64,000 nt of DNA from Escherichia phage teqhal. Location: sequence record MN895435.1; one strand, written 5' to 3'. This document shows positions 9,712 to 17,258 of this stretch, in pieces (within the stretch, counting starts at the first letter, position 1; every line of letters starts with the position of its first letter). The translations under genes were made by a program, and so were the position numbers. The notes below the pieces were generated by a model, which was given only the letters and a program-made list of their open reading frames with translations, was not told the DNA's origin and did no database searches.

Positions 9712-9806
9712 AAATTTTGAATTCTGTACTTATTGCTTGTGCGTGGTGGGTTGCACAGGTTTCAGCGGTAGTAGTTGGTATTCACATTTATTACGAATAT
9801 TTTTAA
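9708..9806 (+). CDS. tiny hydrophobic peptide, 32 aa
   Basis: ATGA overlap with upstream stop; single predicted transmembrane helix. Confidence 0.25.
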   Translation: MKILNSVLIACAWWVAQVSAVVVGIHIYYEYF

Positions 9807-9871
9807 AAAAGTTGTTTACAGGACTGTTCTTCCGTGGTACTATTACCCTATCAACTACGGAGGAACAGAAA

Positions 9872-9985
9872 ATGAAAAAGATTGTTAAAGCTATATGGAA
9901 TGTAGTTATAATACTAATAGTTTTGAGTATATTCCCAATCGTTTTAATGATTGATATGTTAAACGCTTATTTTGGATTTATGTGA
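9872..9985 (+). CDS. small membrane peptide, 37 aa
   Basis: GGAGGAACAGAAAATG RBS; one transmembrane helix (track ORF 9737 extends upstream without an RBS). Confidence 0.35.
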   Translation: MKKIVKAIWNVVIILIVLSIFPIVLMIDMLNAYFGFM

Positions 9986-9992
9986 GGAAAAT

Positions 9993-10190
9993 ATGAAGCG
10001 TAAACGCAGTGCTTTTACATTTATTGAATGGTTTTTCGATAATATTTTTCCGGCTTTATTCATTTTCATGCTTATTTTTGCCTTGGGTTCAGTTGTAGTT
10101 GGAATCTATTTGATGACAGTAGTCGGAATTGATATTCATCAAAATGGTTTAAAATCTGTGGTTGAAACAATTTGGAATGGTGTAAAATAA
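9993..10190 (+). CDS. small membrane protein, 65 aa
   Basis: GAGGAAAATATG RBS; basic N-terminus then hydrophobic helices. Confidence 0.4.
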   Translation: MKRKRSAFTFIEWFFDNIFPALFIFMLIFALGSVVVGIYLMTVVGIDIHQNGLKSVVETIWNGVK

Positions 10191-10297
10191 TGAATTTACT
10201 AAACATTTGGTTTTATATTCTTATGTTTTACATTGGTGCAAATTTTCCATATTGGATGGGATGGTCAACAACTGCATTCGGATTTTATACTCCTTGA
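10190..10297 (+). CDS. tiny hydrophobic peptide, 35 aa
   Basis: Start overlaps previous stop (TAATG); aromatic-rich hydrophobic sequence. Confidence 0.25.
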   Translation: MNLLNIWFYILMFYIGANFPYWMGWSTTAFGFYTP

Positions 10298-10305
10298 GGT
10301 GAATT

Positions 10306-10521
10306 ATGAAAATTTTTAAAGATGTAAAAGTTGGTGAAATTTTTTGTTTAGATAATGGTGATCAGTTAATTCGCATTTCACCTCTTAAGAGCACTAGCGA
10401 AAAAATGACAGTTAATGCTACTTTAGCAAACAATAGTAATGAACGTTTCTGTATTGAAAATGATACTGAAACTTATACCGTAGAAGAGTTTTGGGAATTG
10501 AGCGTCGACTGCGACGATTAA
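10306..10521 (+). CDS. hypothetical protein, 71 aa
   Basis: ORF with GAGGTGAATTATG RBS. Confidence 0.5.
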   Translation: MKIFKDVKVGEIFCLDNGDQLIRISPLKSTSEKMTVNATLANNSNERFCIENDTETYTVEEFWELSVDCDD

Positions 10522-10581
10522 TTTAATGGCCGCGTGTATTCATGCGGCCTTGGAGTAGAAAATAATTTAGAGGAAATTAAT

Positions 10582-11040
10582 ATGAAATATATGACTGTTA
10601 CTGATCTAAATGATGCAGGCGCTACTGTTATTGGTACAATCAAGGGTGGTGAATGGTTTTTAGGAACTCCGCATAAAGATATTTTATCTAAACCTGGATT
10701 TTACTTTTTAGTAAGTAAATTAGATGGTCGTCCATTTAGTAATCCATGTGTGTCTGCACGATTTTATGTAGGTAATCAGCGTTCTAAGCAAGGATTCAGT
10801 GCAGTTCTAAGTCATATTCGTCAACGTCGGTCTCAGCTTGCACGTACTATTGCAAATAACAATATGGTATACACAGTATTTTATCTGCCTGCTTCTAAGA
10901 TGAAACCTCTGACGACAGGATTTGGTAAAGGTCAGTTAGCTTTGGCGTTTACCCGTAATCATCATTCCGAGTATCAAACACTTGAAGAAATGAACCGTAT
11001 GTTGGCTGATAACTTTAAATTCGTTTTGCAGGCATATTAA
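10582..11040 (+). CDS. ndd: nucleoid disruption protein
   Basis: 152 aa from ATG at 10582 with AGGAAA RBS (track start 10534 is GTG); sequence [26 protein letters not shown] matches recalled T4 Ndd; followed by stp and ac as in T4. Confidence 0.8.
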
Positions 11041-11120
11041 TGAGTAATTTCCACAACGAACACGTGATGCAGTTCTATCGTAATAATCTTAAAACTAAAG
11101 GCGTCTTCGGACGCCAGTGA
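11040..11120 (+). CDS. stp: Stp peptide (26 aa; modulates the host EcoprrI/PrrC anticodon-nuclease system)
   Basis: [26 protein letters not shown]; ATG overlaps the ndd stop (TAATG); not in ORF track because under 60 aa. Confidence 0.8.
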
Positions 11121-11127
11121 GGAAAAT

Positions 11128-11286
11128 ATGAATATTGCAAAATTATTAGGAGTTATTTCATTTATTTGTTGGATAGTAGCATGTGTTTTAACTATCTGTA
11201 TCGATGCTAGCAGTGTGTTTTCGCAAGCTTTAGCTCAGGGTATGTGTGCATATTTAACATTTGTGTTGTTATCTACTAATGATTAA
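11128..11286 (+). CDS. ac: acriflavine-resistance small membrane protein
   Basis: 52 aa hydrophobic, Cys-rich peptide (T4 Ac is about 51 aa) in the T4 position between stp and gene 52. Confidence 0.6.
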   Translation: MNIAKLLGVISFICWIVACVLTICIDASSVFSQALAQGMCAYLTFVLLSTND

Positions 11287-11419
11287 GAAAATCTTGGGCT
11301 ATTCATTAGCCCTTGCTACTTTATTAGTAGCACTATATTATGGAGTAATGTTCGGATTGATTCAAGTCGTGCTTTTCATTTCTGATGTTATTATGGCACT
11401 ACATTCACTAGTATGGTAA
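11279..11419 (+). CDS. small membrane peptide, 46 aa (52.1-like position)
   Basis: Overlaps ac stop; hydrophobic. Confidence 0.3.
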   Translation: MIKKILGYSLALATLLVALYYGVMFGLIQVVLFISDVIMALHSLVW

Positions 11420-11423
11420 ATTT

Positions 11424-12752
11424 ATGCAACTGAATAATCGCGATTTAAAAAGTATCATTGATAATGAAGCATTGGCTTATGCTATGTACACGGTTGAAAA
11501 TCGTGCTATTCCAAATATGATTGATGGATTTAAGCCAGTTCAACGATTTGTTATTGCTCGAGCTCTTGATTTGGCACGAGGAAATAAAGATAAGTTTCAC
11601 AAACTTGCTTCTATTGCAGGTGGTGTAGCGGACCTTGGATATCACCATGGTGAAAACTCTGCACAAGATGCAGGGGCTTTGATGGCTAATACTTGGAATA
11701 ATAACTTTCCTTTGTTAGATGGTCAAGGAAACTTCGGTTCTCGTACTGTCCAAAAGGCAGCAGCTAGTCGTTATATTTTTGCTCGTGTAAGTAAAAATTT
11801 CTATAACGTATATAAAGATACTGAATATGCTCCAGTACATCAAGATAAAGAACACATTCCGCCTGCTTTCTATTTGCCTATTATTCCTACTGTTCTTCTT
11901 AATGGTGTTTCCGGTATTGCAACTGGTTATGCAACTTACATTCTTCCTCATAGTGTTTCTTCTGTCAAGAAAGCTGTACTGCAAGCTCTTCAAGGAAAGA
12001 AAGTAACTAAACCGAAGGTAGAATTCCCAGAATTTCGTGGTGAAGTCGTTGAGATTGATGGGCAATATGAAATTCGTGGAACATACAAGTTTACTTCACG
12101 AACTCAAATGCATATCACTGAGATTCCGTATAAGTATGATCGTGAAACTTATGTGAGTAAAATCTTAGACCCACTTGAAGATAAAGGCTTCATTACGTGG
12201 GATGATGCTTGTGGTGAGCATGGCTTTGGCTTTAAAGTTAAATTCCGTAAAGAATATTCTTTGAGCGATAATGAAGAAGAACGCCATGCAAAAATTATGA
12301 AAGACTTCGGGTTGATTGAGCGTCGTTCCCAAAATATTACCGTTATTAATGAGAAAGGAAAGCTACAAGTTTACGATAACGTAGTTGATTTAATCAAAGA
12401 CTTCGTTGAAGTTCGTAAAACTTATGTCCAAAAACGAATTGATAACAAAATCAAAGAAACTGAATCAGCATTTCGTTTAGCCTTTGCCAAGGCGCATTTC
12501 ATTAAGAAAGTAATTTCAGGTGAAATTGTTGTACAGGGTAAAACTCGTAAAGAACTGACCGAAGAACTTTCTAAAATTGAGATGTATTCTTCTTATGTTG
12601 ATAAACTAGTTGGAATGAATATTTTTCATATGACTTCTGATGAAGCAAAGAAACTTGCTGAAGAAGCTAAAGCTAAAAAAGAAGAAAACGAATATTGGAA
12701 AACTACTGATGTAGTTACAGAATACACTAAAGATTTAGAGGAAATCAAATGA
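11424..12752 (+). CDS. 52: DNA topoisomerase II medium (GyrA-like) subunit
   Basis: 442 aa, the T4 gp52 length; N-terminal region AYAMYTVENRAIPNMIDGFKPVQRFVIARAL is the type II topoisomerase A-subunit motif. Confidence 0.9.
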   Translation: MQLNNRDLKSIIDNEALAYAMYTVENRAIPNMIDGFKPVQRFVIARALDLARGNKDKFHKLASIAGGVADLGYHHGENSAQDAGALMANTWNNNFPLLDGQGNFGSRTVQKAAASRYIFARVSKNFYNVYKDTEYAPVHQDKEHIPPAFYLPIIPTVLLNGVSGIATGYATYILPHSVSSVKKAVLQALQGKKVTKPKVEFPEFRGEVVEIDGQYEIRGTYKFTSRTQMHITEIPYKYDRETYVSKILDPLEDKGFITWDDACGEHGFGFKVKFRKEYSLSDNEEERHAKIMKDFGLIERRSQNITVINEKGKLQVYDNVVDLIKDFVEVRKTYVQKRIDNKIKETESAFRLAFAKAHFIKKVISGEIVVQGKTRKELTEELSKIEMYSSYVDKLVGMNIFHMTSDEAKKLAEEAKAKKEENEYWKTTDVVTEYTKDLEEIK

Positions 12753-12898
12753 GTCCATTCATTGGTATTACAAGCGCTGCATTAGTATCTGGCGGCATTT
12801 TACTAGCGGGGGTAGGTGTTGTTCCAGCCGTAGCAGGAGGTCTTCTTGCGTTCGGCATTCAACGTGTTATCATGACAGTTATCACAGTCATGCAGTAA
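12749..12898 (+). CDS. small membrane peptide, 49 aa
   Basis: ATGA overlap with the gene 52 stop; glycine/alanine-rich hydrophobic peptide. Confidence 0.35.
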   Translation: MSPFIGITSAALVSGGILLAGVGVVPAVAGGLLAFGIQRVIMTVITVMQ

Positions 12899-12903
12899 TT
12901 TTA

Positions 12904-12929
12904 GGGAGAGCCGAGGCTCTCCCTTTTTT
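12904..12929 (+). terminator. rho-independent terminator
   Basis: gggagagc-cgag-gctctccc hairpin followed by TTTTTT. Confidence 0.7.
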
Positions 12930-12955
12930 ATTTCAAAAATTTTTTCATAAAACGG

Positions 12956-12984
12956 TTTACAACCAAAGCATACTGTGGTACTAT
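12956..12984 (+). promoter_or_regulatory. early promoter upstream of motA
   Basis: -35 TTTACA, 17 bp spacer, TG-extended -10 TGGTACTAT; followed by conserved leader AACTATCAACTACTGATACAGAA. Confidence 0.55.
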
Positions 12985-13025
12985 ACAACTATCAACTACT
13001 GATACAGAATTACGGAGATTAGAAA

Positions 13026-13661
13026 ATGTCTAAAGTAACTTACATCATCAAAGCTTCTAACGATGTTCTGAATGAAAAAACTGCTGCGATTTTAATTACT
13101 ATTGCTAAGAAAGATTTCATTACAGCTGCAGAAGTTCGTGAGGTGCATCCAGATTTAGGTAACGCAGTAGTTAATAGTAATATTGGGGTATTGATTAAAA
13201 AAGGCCTGGTGGAGAAATCTGGTGATGGATTAATCATTACTGGTGAAGCTCAGGATATTATTTCAAATGCAGCAACTTTATATGCACAGGAAAATGCTCC
13301 GGAACTACTGAAAAAACGAGCAACTCGTAAAGCTCGCGAGATTACTTCCGATATGGAAGAAGATAAAGACCTCATGTTAAAACTTTTAGATGAAAATGGA
13401 TTTGTTCTTAAAAAGGTTGAAACTTATCGTAGTAATTATCTTGCCATTTTAGAAAAACGCACTCACGGAATTCGTAATTTTGAAATTAACAACAATGGAA
13501 ACATGCGAATTTTTGGATACAAAATGATGGAACATCATATTCAGAAATTTACTGACATCGGAATGTCATGTAAAATCGCTAAAAACGGTAATGTGTATCT
13601 TGACATTAAACGCTCGGTAGAAAACATTGAAGCAGTAATCACTGTAGCATCTGAACTGTGA
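13026..13661 (+). CDS. motA: MotA, activator of middle transcription
   Basis: 211 aa, the T4 MotA length; sequence and position between 52 and asiA as in T4. Confidence 0.85.
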   Translation: MSKVTYIIKASNDVLNEKTAAILITIAKKDFITAAEVREVHPDLGNAVVNSNIGVLIKKGLVEKSGDGLIITGEAQDIISNAATLYAQENAPELLKKRATRKAREITSDMEEDKDLMLKLLDENGFVLKKVETYRSNYLAILEKRTHGIRNFEINNNGNMRIFGYKMMEHHIQKFTDIGMSCKIAKNGNVYLDIKRSVENIEAVITVASEL

Positions 13662-13671
13662 GGAATAAATA

Positions 13672-14001
13672 ATGAACAAGTTAGAAATTGTTAATGAACT
13701 TCGTCGTTGTGCAGAACCTACCCAAGAGGGTTGGGACATCTGGTATCATGGAGCTTATCTTGGAACTATCGTAAAGATTAAGACTGGTAAATACATGATT
13801 ATTCGTGAAAGTAAAGATGCTCCAGTAGGTATTCGTAATAATTTTATGGCAGCGATAAGTTCATTTACGGATGCAGCTTACGAAATTTACCTTGCTGATT
13901 ATAAAGAATTCCAGGAATCTCAACCAGTTATTCGTTCAATTGGTGTTAACAAAGCTCAACAGAAAACTTTGTGGCAACGTATTAAAGGATGGTTTAAATG
14001 A
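13672..14001 (+). CDS. hypothetical protein, 109 aa
   Basis: ORF with GAGGAATAAATAATG RBS. Confidence 0.5.
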   Translation: MNKLEIVNELRRCAEPTQEGWDIWYHGAYLGTIVKIKTGKYMIIRESKDAPVGIRNNFMAAISSFTDAAYEIYLADYKEFQESQPVIRSIGVNKAQQKTLWQRIKGWFK

Positions 14002-14459
14002 ACCCGTTTGTTAATCGTTTAAAAATGCTGAATGTTCCTTTATCTCGCGAGACTCCAGAAAGTCTTGTTCAAAAATTTAAAGCACACGGTTATAAATGCA
14101 CAGAAGAAGATATTCTGAAAGAAGTTCCTGAAATCTGTTGGCAGACTGCATATTGGGATGAAAACCAAAAGTATCAACGACGAATTGTATGTGCTGCTAA
14201 TCGGTTTAAATTAAAAGATGGACGAACTCTTATTATTCCAGGTGCTCGTCATTATTCTAAAGATATGGCAGAAGTTTTAGATGTAGTTAAACCCCAATTA
14301 GTTACTCAACAAGTTTGTGATGATGACCAAGGGTTTATTGACCAATATAGTAATTATTGGACACGTGAAGAAGCAATGATTATTGCAACTTACGCTGGAC
14401 AAGTACGTATTGAACGTGGTGGTAGTGAAAAAGAACTTTACTCTGAGGACCTTTACTAA
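13998..14459 (+). CDS. hypothetical protein, 153 aa
   Basis: ATGA overlap with upstream stop. Confidence 0.5.
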   Translation: MNPFVNRLKMLNVPLSRETPESLVQKFKAHGYKCTEEDILKEVPEICWQTAYWDENQKYQRRIVCAANRFKLKDGRTLIIPGARHYSKDMAEVLDVVKPQLVTQQVCDDDQGFIDQYSNYWTREEAMIIATYAGQVRIERGGSEKELYSEDLY

Positions 14460-14755
14460 TGAATATTAAAAAGTTTCAAATTGATGGAATTATGAATCAA
14501 ATCCAGGCACTAGAATATGCCAATAAAATGATGTCAACTAATTGGGGAATTTATACCAATGAGCCGGGATTTAAGTTCTGTGATATGGAATTCACCAAAA
14601 AGCTCGTAGGAAAAGATTATGTATGTCCATTTAGTTCTATAATAAATGACATGCTAAAACCTGCTTTACGCGATCTTTATATTGCGATGAACGAAGAAAT
14701 GATAAAAGAATTAAAACGTCAACTGAAGGTGATTCAATTTGGCCAGGGAAATTAA
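14459..14755 (+). CDS. hypothetical protein, 98 aa
   Basis: TAATG overlap with upstream stop. Confidence 0.5.
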   Translation: MNIKKFQIDGIMNQIQALEYANKMMSTNWGIYTNEPGFKFCDMEFTKKLVGKDYVCPFSSIINDMLKPALRDLYIAMNEEMIKELKRQLKVIQFGQGN

Positions 14756-14957
14756 TTCAAAATCTGATTATTTTAATTCTCTCAATGATAAAGATAAAAA
14801 TCTAATACGGCATTTTATTGTTGAGATGGGATATACGGATACACACGATTTAAGAGAACATATATTTGAATGTGGTGTAGCTAAAAAGTTTTCATTCACA
14901 TGCAAATGTTTGAGAGAGGTAATTCAGCACTATGAACAATTTAGTCGCAAAACATAA
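14739..14957 (+). CDS. hypothetical protein, 72 aa
   Basis: ORF overlapping previous gene by 17 nt; start uncertain. Confidence 0.35.
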   Translation: MAREINSKSDYFNSLNDKDKNLIRHFIVEMGYTDTHDLREHIFECGVAKKFSFTCKCLREVIQHYEQFSRKT

Positions 14958-15040
14958 TTTTAATAAAGCTTCTGTTCATAAGGATAAGAAGAAAGCGTTT
15001 AAAGAATCTAATCGCAAACAGAAACATAAGGGGAAGGTCT

Positions 15041-15319
15041 ATGATTATTGATTCTCAATCCGTGGTTCAATACACAATCAAAATTGATATTCTAGAAAAG
15101 CTATATAAGTTTCTACCAAACCTATACCATTCAATTGTTAATGAATTAGTTGAAGAACTACATCTTGAGAATAATGATTTCTTGATTGGAACTTATAAAG
15201 ACCTCTCAAAAGCAGGATATTTCTACGTAATTCCAGCTCCAGGAAAAAGTATTGATGATGTATTAAAAACTATAATGATTTACGTCCATGATTATGAAAT
15301 TGAAGATTATTTCGAATGA
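15041..15319 (+). CDS. arn: Arn-like anti-restriction protein (McrBC inhibitor)
   Basis: 92 aa acidic protein, the T4 Arn length, immediately upstream of asiA as in T4. Confidence 0.6.
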   Translation: MIIDSQSVVQYTIKIDILEKLYKFLPNLYHSIVNELVEELHLENNDFLIGTYKDLSKAGYFYVIPAPGKSIDDVLKTIMIYVHDYEIEDYFE

Positions 15320-15480
15320 GTCATAATCTTGAAAAAGTAATCGAGCATAATGTAGCTCAGGAACGTAAGTCGTTCAAGGAATTCGTAGAAAAAATTTTTG
15401 AAGAAAATAACACAGACCAGTTTACAAATCAAGCGTCTGATGATATTATAACAAAGTCAACTAATTGAGTGGTATAGTTA

Positions 15481-15753
15481 ATGAATAAAAACATTGATAC
15501 AGTTCGTGAAATTATTACTGTTGCGTCTATTTTGATTAAATTTTCCAGAGAAGATATTGTTGAGAATCGTGCTAATTTTATTGCATTTCTGAATGAGATT
15601 GGAGTAACGCATGAAGGTAGAAAATTAAATCAGAATTCATTCCGTAAAATTGTTTCTGAATTAACTCAAGAAGATAAGAAAACCCTCATCGACGAATTCA
15701 ACGAGGGTTTTGAGGGTGTATATCGATATCTAGAGATGTATACGAACAAATAA
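15481..15753 (+). CDS. asiA: AsiA anti-sigma70 factor
   Basis: 90 aa; MNKNIDTVREIITVASILIKFSREDIVENRANFIAFLNEIGV matches recalled T4 AsiA. Confidence 0.9.
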   Translation: MNKNIDTVREIITVASILIKFSREDIVENRANFIAFLNEIGVTHEGRKLNQNSFRKIVSELTQEDKKTLIDEFNEGFEGVYRYLEMYTNK

Positions 15754-16410
15754 TTATTTAGCCCTTCCTAATATTCTGGCCGCCTGAGCGCATATTGATT
15801 CAAGGCGGTCATTACTTATATGATCATTTCTATACCAGTACATGGTTATCGTTCCAGCATAGATATTATCCAAATTAAAATATGGACAACTGTACATGTA
15901 GTTTATTTCGGGAGTAGGCTTTTTAGTTGGTAAAAAAGCAAATTTTGAGTCAGAATAATAATGACGTCCATTTAAATGAACTATATATTCATCCATAGTT
16001 TTATCAACAGGATATCCTCCAAGTGATTTTTCAGTTATTGTTGAAGGTAATCTTCCTTCGTATGCTATAATATCAACAAAATAGTTTAAGTTTTTAGGGC
16101 GGAAAGAATACACCGCACTAAAGTCTGCCTCAGATGATATATGAACTATCTGGAGTTGTTCCAGGGCGACAGATTCAAAGCGTGCATTTCTTTCCTTTTC
16201 AATAATTTCACTGTATGTTTCATACTTTGATTGCTTATAGTACTCAAAGAAACTATCTCCCCTATACCAAACAATCGCCATCATAAATAAAAGAATTACG
16301 ACAGCTACCCGGGAAGCAAGAACCTTCCCAGTAGCGTTATCTTTGAACAAGCGATCTAGAACACCAAATAGAATATCAGAGGGCGAAAATGATATTCTAG
16401 GTGCTGCCAT
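15754..16410 (-). CDS. t: holin T (lysis and lysis-inhibition)
   Basis: 218 aa, the T4 T length; N-terminal transmembrane segment and large periplasmic domain; directly downstream of gene 38. Confidence 0.85.
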   Translation of the reverse strand: MAAPRISFSPSDILFGVLDRLFKDNATGKVLASRVAVVILLFMMAIVWYRGDSFFEYYKQSKYETYSEIIEKERNARFESVALEQLQIVHISSEADFSAVYSFRPKNLNYFVDIIAYEGRLPSTITEKSLGGYPVDKTMDEYIVHLNGRHYYSDSKFAFLPTKKPTPEINYMYSCPYFNLDNIYAGTITMYWYRNDHISNDRLESICAQAARILGRAK

Positions 16411-16442
16411 AGACCCTCCTTTTAAGGATATTTATTCAAAAA

Positions 16443-17228
16443 TTATACTCTTGAACCATATATTGTACCAACCTTAGTCCAAGTTGGAGCATTACCAGTA
16501 ACAGCTTTACCGGCCGCGCCGCCGTTATATTCTGATCCTTGCCCACGAATATTACATTTACCACCTGCGGCACCAGCATCACCGCCATTCCCGCCATTAT
16601 AGATACCATTGACAGACCCTTTACCAGGTGCAGAAATAGTACCAGCAGTAGCGCCCTGTTCCATATTAGCAGACCCGCCAGCAGCACCAAATGGACGACC
16701 GCCGCCACCGCCAAAAGTCAATTTCATTTGTGAAAAAGGAGAATAATATCCGCCTCCACCGCCGCCACCGCCTCCTGCGATAACACCATTGTTGTTAATA
16801 CGCAATCTAGTTCCAATTCCATTATTTATTGCAGTTCCTCCTGCTCCACCGGCAGAGTTATTTCCGCCATTCCCGCCACGGCCCCAAACATGCACTCCTG
16901 AATTGATATTAAGTGTCACGTATGCATTAGTTAATGAGCTAGGAAAATCTAAGCATGGAACACCAGTAGATTGAGAAACAATATTTCCTGTAATAGTAAT
17001 AACAACAGGAGTACTGCCTTGGGCTTTTATCCAGTTTATTAATGTATCTTTATTATAAGAATTACTAGCACCAATGCTATAATATACTTCTTTAGATTGT
17101 CCGGCCATTGAGCTCATCCAACCGGGAACTGAAACACGGACTGCTCTCATTGCAGCATCCATCCAACGTTGTCCAGTTTCATTCACGGCAGATTCACCAA
17201 TCCAGCCAGGAACACCTACAATTGCCAT
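16443..17228 (-). CDS. 38: gp38 receptor-recognising tail-fibre adhesin, T2 type
   Basis: 261 aa; C-terminal half has several glycine-rich runs (GGGGGGGGGYY, FGGGGGRPFGAAGG, NGGNGGDAGAAGG) separated by variable segments; downstream of gene 37. Confidence 0.8.
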   Translation of the reverse strand: MAIVGVPGWIGESAVNETGQRWMDAAMRAVRVSVPGWMSSMAGQSKEVYYSIGASNSYNKDTLINWIKAQGSTPVVITITGNIVSQSTGVPCLDFPSSLTNAYVTLNINSGVHVWGRGGNGGNNSAGGAGGTAINNGIGTRLRINNNGVIAGGGGGGGGGYYSPFSQMKLTFGGGGGRPFGAAGGSANMEQGATAGTISAPGKGSVNGIYNGGNGGDAGAAGGKCNIRGQGSEYNGGAAGKAVTGNAPTWTKVGTIYGSRV

Positions 17229-17240
17229 TAAAAATCCTTA

Positions 17241-17256
17241 GAGGGCCGAAGCCCTC
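17241..17256 (-). other. intercistronic UUCG hairpin between genes 37 and 38
   Basis: gagggc-ttcg-gccctc on the - strand, just after the gene 37 stop and before the gene 38 RBS. Confidence 0.5.
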
Positions 17257-17258
17257 TT

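Noticed and set aside
16436-16733. ORFs in the track overlapping the gene 38 region (16436..16714 on -, 16539..16733 on +)
   Set aside because: Alternative-frame or antisense readings of the glycine-rich gp38 coding sequence; no RBS, and the longer in-frame 261 aa ORF explains the region
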